A stretch of DNA of 64,000 nucleotides from Rhodobacter sp. (GTDB lineage Bacteria; Pseudomonadota; Alphaproteobacteria; Rhodobacterales; Rhodobacteraceae): positions 9,732 through 73,731 of the forward strand of contig JAIYDR010000384.1 in assembly GCA_027487395.1 (NCBI GenBank). The letters are read 5' to 3'. Below, one piece after another: positions 57,679 through 64,000 of this stretch. Both the position numbers and the translations under genes were made by a program. The notes beneath the pieces were generated by a model. The model ran no database searches and was not told the origin of the DNA. It was given only the letters and a program-made list of their open reading frames with translations. Within the stretch, counting starts at the first letter, position 1. Each line of letters opens with the position of its first letter.

Positions 57679-59357
57679 TTGATCCCGTTACGCTGGCCGT
57701 CATCCAAGCGGGCTTGCAGCAGGTCTGCGATGAGATGGACCTGACCTTCTCGCGCGCGGCCTTTTCTCCGGTGATTGCCGAAGCCGACGACCGCTCCGAC
57801 GGCATCTATTCCGCCCGCGATGGCAGTCTGATCGCCCAAGGCGCGCGCGGTCTGCCGGTCTTTGTCGGGACGATGCAGTTTTCCACGCGGCATATCGTGG
57901 AACGGATCGCCAGCGGGCAGACCCTGCCGCCGGAACCGGGGGATATCTACATCGTCAATGACCCCTACCTTGGGGGCACGCATCTGATGGATGTGCGGTT
58001 CGCCATGCCGTTCTATCGGGAGGGTCAGATTTTCTGCTGGCTGTCCAATACCGGCCATTGGCCCGACACGGGCGGCGCCGTGCCCGGCGGGTTTTCGGCC
58101 AGTGCCATCAGTGCCGAACAAGAGGGGCTGCGTCTGCCCCCCGTAAAGCTGTTCAAGCGCGGGGTGATGGATACGGAGTTGTGGCAGGTGATCTGCTCTA
58201 ACATCCGGGTCTCAGAGCAACGAATTGGCGATGTGAAGGCACAGGCTTCGGCCCTGCTGGTGGGTGCGGATCGGCTGGGGCAGTTGATGGACCGCTACAG
58301 CGACGCTGCGGTGACCGAAGCGATTGCCGAAATGCGGGTTTTGGCCGCGCGGCAGATGCGCGCCAATATCGGGCTGATCCCGGATGGCAGCTACCGGGCA
58401 ACGGCGATTGTGGACAGTGACGGGGTGGTGAATGAACCGCTGACGATTGCCTTGACGGTGACAAAGGGCGAAGCGGGCCTGACCTTTGATTTCGCCGGAA
58501 CCTCGCCGCCTTGCATGGGGCCGATGAACTCGGTCCGGGCGACCACGCTGTCGTCGGTGTACCTCGCGATGCGGCATATCTTCCCTGATGTGCCTATTTC
58601 TGCGGGGGCCTTTGAACCCCTAACCGTGACCGGCATCGAAGGCACCTTCCTTGACGCGCAATACCCCCGGCCCGTGTCGGGCTGCGCGGCAGAGGTGTCA
58701 CAAAGGATTGCTGAGGCGGTTTTTGCCGCCTTGGTGCAGGCGCTGCCGGATAAGGTCACCGCCGCGCCTGCGGGAACGTCGGGGAACTTCGGGCTTGGTG
58801 GGCATGACCCGGAAAAGGGCCGGGATTATGTGATGTATCAAATCTCTGGCGGGGGTTATGGCGGCAATGCGCGCCATGACGGGCTGTCGAATGGCTGTTC
58901 CACCATCGGCATCTCAAAAGCCCCGCCGGTCGAGATCATGGAGCAGACCTTCCCAGTCCTTTACCGCCGATATGCGCTGCACGAAGGATCGGGCGGAGCC
59001 GGGCAGCATCGCGGCGGCTTTGGACTGGATTATGAGATCGAACTTCTGCGCGGGACGGCACGGGCCTCTTTCGTGATGGACCACGGGCGCACAGGGCCGC
59101 AGGGCGCGCAAGGCGGAAGGGACGGCGCAGTCAATCGGGTGGAAATCCTGAAAGGCGATCAGGTCATCATCCCCGATCACCTGTCCAAAGCGCAGGATAT
59201 TGCCCTTTCGCCGGGAGACCGCGTTCGCGTCCGCACGCCCGGTGGTGGCGGCTACGGTGATCCTGTGTCGCGCGATCCCGCGGCAATTGCCGAAGATGTG
59301 CGGCTTGGCCGATACTCGGCTGCGGAAGCGTATCAGTTATGGGGTTATTCCGGGTGA
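57675..59357 (+). CDS. Hydantoinase B/oxoprolinase family protein (HyuB-like)
   Basis: 560 aa; MIDPVTLAVIQAGLQQVCDEM...; ...NDPYLGGTHLMD... motif; ATGA overlap with hyuA. Confidence 0.9.
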   Translation: MIDPVTLAVIQAGLQQVCDEMDLTFSRAAFSPVIAEADDRSDGIYSARDGSLIAQGARGLPVFVGTMQFSTRHIVERIASGQTLPPEPGDIYIVNDPYLGGTHLMDVRFAMPFYREGQIFCWLSNTGHWPDTGGAVPGGFSASAISAEQEGLRLPPVKLFKRGVMDTELWQVICSNIRVSEQRIGDVKAQASALLVGADRLGQLMDRYSDAAVTEAIAEMRVLAARQMRANIGLIPDGSYRATAIVDSDGVVNEPLTIALTVTKGEAGLTFDFAGTSPPCMGPMNSVRATTLSSVYLAMRHIFPDVPISAGAFEPLTVTGIEGTFLDAQYPRPVSGCAAEVSQRIAEAVFAALVQALPDKVTAAPAGTSGNFGLGGHDPEKGRDYVMYQISGGGYGGNARHDGLSNGCSTIGISKAPPVEIMEQTFPVLYRRYALHEGSGGAGQHRGGFGLDYEIELLRGTARASFVMDHGRTGPQGAQGGRDGAVNRVEILKGDQVIIPDHLSKAQDIALSPGDRVRVRTPGGGGYGDPVSRDPAAIAEDVRLGRYSAAEAYQLWGYSG

Positions 59358-60403
59358 AACCTTGGCCTGCCCGCCTTGCCAACCGCTTGTTCGGACGTCG
59401 TAGCGCGACCGTACGGACCGCCCCTGTCACCCAAGCCCCCAGCCTTCGCGCCTTTCGGCCCGACGGCGGGCATTTACTGCCGCTGGCCCCCGACGCGCCA
59501 TTGACGGATGCGCTCTGGATTGACCTGTTTCGCCCGACCGAGGCAGACACGGCAGCCGTCGCCGCCTTGGGGATCGAGGTGCCAACGCTGGAGGATATGG
59601 AAGAGATCGAGATTTCCAACCGCCTGTATCGGCAAGACGGGACGGATTACCTTACCGTGGTGTTGACCGGACATTCGGAAACCGACACGCCGCTGACCGG
59701 GCCGATGACCCTTATTCTTCAGCCGCAGCGCATCGTTACCGTGCGCCACCATGCAAGCCGCCCGTTTGACACCTATCCCACCCGTGCCGACAAGGTCGGT
59801 CCGGGCTGCACAACGGCCAATCAGGTGTTTCTATCGCTGTGTGAAGAGATTATCGGGCGTTTGGCCGATTTGCTGGAATCTGTCGGTCGCAGTCTGGAAC
59901 ATCTGTCGCGCCAAATTCACGATCCCACCGAACGCGGATCACGGCAACAACGGCTGGAGGTCGCGCTGCGCCGCGTTGGGCGCGAGGGCGAAATGCTGGG
60001 CCAAGTCCGCCTTGCCCTTCTGACGATGGGGCGTGCGCTTGGGTTCTACGCGCAGACGGCAGGGGCACGGATCGGAGATGAGGGTCTGGCCGGAGCCGTC
60101 GCCAACCTGAACCGCGATATCACCGCGCTTGAGGTGCACACCGATTTCCTGTCGGCGCGCGTCGGTCTGGTATCGGATGCGACCTTGGGGATGATCAATC
60201 TGACGCAAAACGCGACGGTTCGGATCGTATCGGTGGTGGCAGTGCTGTTTTCACCGCCAACGCTGATCGCGTCGATCTATGGCATGAACTTCGCTCATAT
60301 GCCCGAACTGGCGCAGGGCTGGGGCTACCCGGCAGCGCTGGGGGCGATGGTTGCCTCATCCATCGGGGCCTGGGTCTATTTCCGCTGGAAGAACTGGCTG
60401 TAG
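59339..60403 (+). CDS. corA: CorA-family divalent metal transporter (paralog 1)
   Basis: YGMNF (GMN) motif and two C-terminal TMs. Start is uncertain: ATG at 59339 lies inside hyuB, while GTG at 59354 overlaps the hyuB stop (GTGA). Confidence 0.8.
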   Translation: MGLFRVKPWPARLANRLFGRRSATVRTAPVTQAPSLRAFRPDGGHLLPLAPDAPLTDALWIDLFRPTEADTAAVAALGIEVPTLEDMEEIEISNRLYRQDGTDYLTVVLTGHSETDTPLTGPMTLILQPQRIVTVRHHASRPFDTYPTRADKVGPGCTTANQVFLSLCEEIIGRLADLLESVGRSLEHLSRQIHDPTERGSRQQRLEVALRRVGREGEMLGQVRLALLTMGRALGFYAQTAGARIGDEGLAGAVANLNRDITALEVHTDFLSARVGLVSDATLGMINLTQNATVRIVSVVAVLFSPPTLIASIYGMNFAHMPELAQGWGYPAALGAMVASSIGAWVYFRWKNWL

Positions 60404-60475
60404 CGAAAGCCGCTGAAAGGCTGACAGGCACAGGGATTTGGGCTAACGCAGGCGCGTCAACCTAAGGGGGCCGCC

Positions 60476-61429
60476 ATGCTGAAAGCCTATCGCCATATCA
60501 ACGGTCGCCTGTCCTTGATGGGACCGGAAGATGACCTGTCGCAAGCCGTATGGATCGACCTGTTCGCCCCGCGCGCCGATCAGGTGACGGCGGTCAATGC
60601 GCTGGGGGTCGAGGTTCCGTCCTTGGCAGACATGGAAGAAATCGAGGTGTCGAACCGACTCTACCGCGAGAACGGCACCGATTACATGACAGTCGTGCTG
60701 TCGGGTCATTCCAACACCAATCAACCGATTTCCGGCCCTGTCACCTTTATCCTGCAAGCAACGCGCTTGGTTACCGTGCGCCACCACCGTTCGCGCCCGT
60801 TTGAGACCTATCCCGAGCGCGCGGATAAGGTGGGGCCGGGGTGCGCTGACGCGGATCGCTTGCTGCTCTCACTCTTCGAAGAGATCATCGGTCGCCTTGC
60901 CGACCTTTTGGAAAGCGTCGGACGTGGCCTGGATGAGGTGTCGCGCAGCACTTTTGCCAATGACACGCCAAAGTCAGCCGTCTTGCAGGGCGCTTTGCAA
61001 AAGCTGGGGCGGGAAGGGGATCTGATCGGGATCGTACGCCTTGCGCTGTTGACGATGGAGCGCGCCCTGTCGTTTTTCGGTCTAGGGCTGGATGCTCGCA
61101 ACGCGGCGGGATTGCGTCCGCTGGTCAAATCGTTGTTTCGCGACATTCAAGCCCTTGAAGTGCATTGCGATTTTCTATCCCAACGCGTGGGCCTTGCCTC
61201 TGATGCGACGCTGGGCATGATCAACCTGGCGCAAAACTCTACGGTCAAGATCGTGTCGGTGGTGGCCGTGCTGTTTTCACCGCCGACGCTGATCGCGTCG
61301 ATTTATGGAATGAACTTCAACTACATGCCCGAACTGGCGCAAGGCTGGGGCTATCCGGCAGCTCTTGCGGCGATGGTCACCTCATCGGTCGGGGCTTGGG
61401 CCTTTTTTCGCTGGCGAAACTGGCTTTGA
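60476..61429 (+). CDS. corA: CorA-family divalent metal transporter (paralog 2)
   Basis: 317 aa; YGMNF motif; AAGGGGG Shine-Dalgarno sequence; collinear with paralog 1 over the whole length. Confidence 0.85.
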   Translation: MLKAYRHINGRLSLMGPEDDLSQAVWIDLFAPRADQVTAVNALGVEVPSLADMEEIEVSNRLYRENGTDYMTVVLSGHSNTNQPISGPVTFILQATRLVTVRHHRSRPFETYPERADKVGPGCADADRLLLSLFEEIIGRLADLLESVGRGLDEVSRSTFANDTPKSAVLQGALQKLGREGDLIGIVRLALLTMERALSFFGLGLDARNAAGLRPLVKSLFRDIQALEVHCDFLSQRVGLASDATLGMINLAQNSTVKIVSVVAVLFSPPTLIASIYGMNFNYMPELAQGWGYPAALAAMVTSSVGAWAFFRWRNWL

Positions 61430-61635
61430 CCGGGTCACAATCTATGGTCGTCTGGGCGGGTCTGTTGCTGGATTGACCACAATATATCCGAAAGGTGGGG
61501 CTTTTTTCACTAAACATACATACGGTGCTGGAAATTCTATCGAAAGGCGCGTAAACGTGGTGGCAATAGGGCCACTTGATGGCCGTTCATAACGGCGCCC
61601 GCCAAGGGATGCCATTTCGAGGCGGAGTAGATCAC

Positions 61636-64000
61636 ATGAGTTCGGCGATTGATTTCGCCGTTCGCAACGCCGCGGGCGGCTTGCAGAACGGTGCTGTATC
61701 TGGCGATGGCTTTTCTGAAACCATCGTCGTGAATGCAGGCGACAATATCTCCCTTAACATTTCGCAGGCCAGCGTTGTCGCCTATCGACACAGTGGTGGC
61801 GACTTGGTCATCGAATTGGTGGATGGCCGGGTCATCGTGCTGGATGGCTGGTACGAGCAGCCGATGGGCGCGCAGACGCTGTATTTCTCGACCGATGGCA
61901 ACCTCCAGCAGGTTTATCTGATGGACAGCGGCGATGGTACGCTGTTTGCCAGCTATGCCCCGGTTGACACCATGATGACCGAGAAGTGGAGTCCGCTGGA
62001 CGGTCTGCGCCATGACCAACCCGACATGCTGGCAGGTTATATCAGCGCAGAGGATGAGCCCGCCGGGATGGGCATGTTCCTGCCCGGTCTGGTCGGACTT
62101 GGCGGCGCTGGTGCAGGGGCCGGTCTTGGTGCGGTGGCCGCAGGTGCCGCCGTATTGGGTGGCGCCGCGCTGATCGGTAACGGCGGTGGAAACGGGACAG
62201 AGGCAGGGACAGACGGCACGGGTGGTGGCGGCGGCGCGGGTGGTGGCACGGGCGGCACGGGCGGCGGTGGCGGTGGCACGGGCGGCGGTGGCGGTGGCGG
62301 CACGGGCGGCGGCGGCGGTGGCACGCCCACCCATACCCCGCCGACAGTGAACGGCACCGGCACCAGCAGCACCGTGACAACCAATACGCCGGATCCGCGT
62401 CTTGTGGTGTCGGGAAGCGGCCATCCCGGCGATCGGGTCAACGTGACCATCGGCGGCGAGCAGCAAACCACGACCATCGGGTCAGGCGGCACATGGACGG
62501 TCACCTTTCCGCGCAATGGCCTGCCAGCCGATGGCAATCATACCGCACAGGTCGTGGTGAACCAGACCAATGGCGTCACCACAAACCTGACCGGGCCGAG
62601 CTATGTCATCGACATGACGCCGCCTGCGGTCCTGACCACAGATGGCACGGGATCGGCAGGCGATGTCGAAAACCTTGCCGAATATGCCGATGGCGTCACC
62701 TTGACCGGCACGGGTGAGCCGGGCGCTTCAATCAGGGTTCAGGTCGCAGGCGCGACGCAAACCACCACGGTGGATGCCGGTGGCAACTGGTCGGTCACCT
62801 TTACACAACAGCAGGTCGCAGGAGGTGAGCGGACACATGCCGTCACCGTGACCGCCACCGACACGCATGGCAACACCACCACCATCACCGACACATTGGT
62901 GATGGACACCATTCCCAATCCGCTGACCATCGGCACGGTCGCGGGGGACAATTTCATCAACCGGACAGAAATCACCTCTGCCGTCGCCATCGGCGGCACA
63001 ACGGCGGCGGGGGCCACGGTCACGATCACCATCCAAGGTGTGCCGGGAACCTTTACCGCCACGGCAGATTCCAATGGCGCTTGGTCCTTTACCGCGCCTG
63101 CGGGCACTTTCCCGGCGGGCACCTATGACCGCACCATCACCGCCAGCACGGTGGATGCAGCAGGCAACCCGACGCAGGTGACCAAAACCATCACCATCGA
63201 CACGGAAAACAGCGTCAGCTTCGACAGCGTGACCAACCACACGCAACTGCGCGACGGATTCGTCAACATGGCGGAGTCCCAAGGCACCATCACCTTGACC
63301 GGCAAGGCCGAGGCGGGATCGACCGCCGTCACCGTCGCCTGGACGGGCGGCGCGCAGGTGGCGACAGTGGCCGCAGATGGCAGCTGGACCGTCAGTTTCC
63401 CCGCCGGATCGGCGGGGGCGGTGACGCGGGAGTCAACCTTTACCGTTACCTCGTCTGACCGTGCGGGCAACAGCGCCAGCGCCACCTTGCCGGTCAAGAT
63501 TGACCTTGAAACAAATGTGACGCTGATGCCGCAACCGGTAGGCAGCGACAACGTCCTGTCGGGCACCGAACGCGCAGCAGGGCTGACCCTGACCGGCACG
63601 GCAGAGCCCGGCGCGCAGGTGTTTGTCAGCTTCAACGGCACCACCAAGCAGCCGGTGACGGCGGATGCCAACGGCAGCTGGTCGGTCAATTTTGCCGCGT
63701 CGGAGTTGCCGAGTGGTGAGATTTCATCGGGTGCAGCGGGCCGCACGATCAGCGTCTATTCTGTGGATGCGGCGGGCAACACCTCGGCCACGGTGACCCA
63801 TACGCTGGACGTCGATACCGTGGTGCGCAATTTCGGCTTCCCGGCACCGGACCTGATCGGCGCGGCCAATACCGGCGCCACCGATGCAACCACGCTGAAC
63901 GCGGCTGAACGCGCAGCAGGTCTGCCGGTGCAAGGCACGGTGGAACCGGGGTCGGTTGTGACCATTCAAGTCGGCGGCTGGACCCAGACCATCCCGGCCA
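61636..64000 (+). CDS. Giant repetitive adhesin-like protein with Ig-like repeats (3' end outside window)
   Basis: ATG at 61636 with GGAG 8 nt upstream. Hand translation gives a frame that is open to the window end. About 110-aa N-terminal domain (...GGDLVIELVDGRVIVLDGWY...), a Gly/Ala hydrophobic segment, a poly-Gly/Thr linker, then about 100-aa repeats carrying LTGT(A/G)EPGA...G.WSV.F. Not in the ORF track because no stop occurs. Confidence 0.8.
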   Translation, partial: MSSAIDFAVRNAAGGLQNGAVSGDGFSETIVVNAGDNISLNISQASVVAYRHSGGDLVIELVDGRVIVLDGWYEQPMGAQTLYFSTDGNLQQVYLMDSGDGTLFASYAPVDTMMTEKWSPLDGLRHDQPDMLAGYISAEDEPAGMGMFLPGLVGLGGAGAGAGLGAVAAGAAVLGGAALIGNGGGNGTEAGTDGTGGGGGAGGGTGGTGGGGGGTGGGGGGGTGGGGGGTPTHTPPTVNGTGTSSTVTTNTPDPRLVVSGSGHPGDRVNVTIGGEQQTTTIGSGGTWTVTFPRNGLPADGNHTAQVVVNQTNGVTTNLTGPSYVIDMTPPAVLTTDGTGSAGDVENLAEYADGVTLTGTGEPGASIRVQVAGATQTTTVDAGGNWSVTFTQQQVAGGERTHAVTVTATDTHGNTTTITDTLVMDTIPNPLTIGTVAGDNFINRTEITSAVAIGGTTAAGATVTITIQGVPGTFTATADSNGAWSFTAPAGTFPAGTYDRTITASTVDAAGNPTQVTKTITIDTENSVSFDSVTNHTQLRDGFVNMAESQGTITLTGKAEAGSTAVTVAWTGGAQVATVAADGSWTVSFPAGSAGAVTRESTFTVTSSDRAGNSASATLPVKIDLETNVTLMPQPVGSDNVLSGTERAAGLTLTGTAEPGAQVFVSFNGTTKQPVTADANGSWSVNFAASELPSGEISSGAAGRTISVYSVDAAGNTSATVTHTLDVDTVVRNFGFPAPDLIGAANTGATDATTLNAAERAAGLPVQGTVEPGSVVTIQVGGWTQTIPA
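62254..62295 (+). repeat. Perfect 21-bp tandem duplication within a (GGN)n tract
   Basis: GGCACGGGCGGCGGTGGCGGT occurs at 62254-62274 and again at 62275-62295, flanked by degenerate copies over about 62221-62325. It encodes GTGGGGG units of the adhesin linker. Confidence 0.8.

Noticed and set aside
61430-61635. Possible terminator after corA paralog 2 (CCAC...GTGG followed by GGCTTTTTTC near 61476-61510)
   Set aside because: The stem is only 4 bp and not G/C-rich enough to call. The T-run alone is insufficient. The region is noted only as a low-GC spacer upstream of the adhesin gene.
62200-62330. Possible CRISPR array or other non-coding repeat array
   Set aside because: The repeats are contiguous 21-bp (GGN)n units with no spacers and lie in-frame inside a coding sequence. 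No cas genes are in the window.
61537-63746. Minus-strand ORFs 61537-62466, 62037-62537, 62728-63282 and 63123-63746, including a poly-Pro stretch
   Set aside because: They mirror the plus-strand adhesin ORF; the (GGN)n tract reads as (NCC)n = Pro on the other strand. The plus frame has a start with a Shine-Dalgarno sequence, periodic Ig-like repeats, and remains open through the window end.

Overview
High-GC alphaproteobacterial chromosome segment, probably Rhodobacterales-like (inferred from gene content, including FlaF/FlbT). It is almost entirely coding. Layout: (1) 1-14.3 kb is an alphaproteobacterial-type flagellar cluster: flhA' fliR flhB, then the minus-strand operon flgB-flgC-fliE-fliQ-flgF-flgG-flgA-flgH-fliL, then fliI, DUF1217, flbT, flaF, flagellin, a FlgJ-like rod-binding protein, fliK and flgD. 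(2) 14.3-19.7 kb is housekeeping: an APH-like kinase, ubiB, ubiE, mutM, a crotonase and rpsT. (3) 19.7-28.4 kb is the origin-proximal dnaA-dnaN-recF-gyrB block. Accessory genes interrupt it, including a PemK/MazF-like gene broken by an in-frame TAA. (4) 28.4-43.1 kb is mixed accessory content: an FAH-family enzyme, tRNA-Arg(CCT), a LacI regulator, TRAP dctQM without dctP, a P1B-4 metal ATPase, a TPR-sulfotransferase, a TetR-MFP-RND efflux operon and MarR. (5) 43.2-59.4 kb is one unidirectional, tightly packed cluster: a molybdenum hydroxylase, a 6-hydroxynicotinate-reductase-like Fe-S protein, UPF0280, an AA_synth (PF06684) protein, an unknown polytopic membrane protein, a Liv-type ABC importer and HyuA/HyuB. 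This is my best candidate for an undescribed N-heterocycle/lactam catabolic system. (6) Two tandem corA paralogs follow. (7) A giant Ig-repeat adhesin starts at 61636 and runs off the window; it is absent from the supplied ORF track because it has no stop codon in the window. I saw no rRNA, CRISPR array, IS element or prophage signature. All family assignments come from reading motifs by eye; no searches were run.
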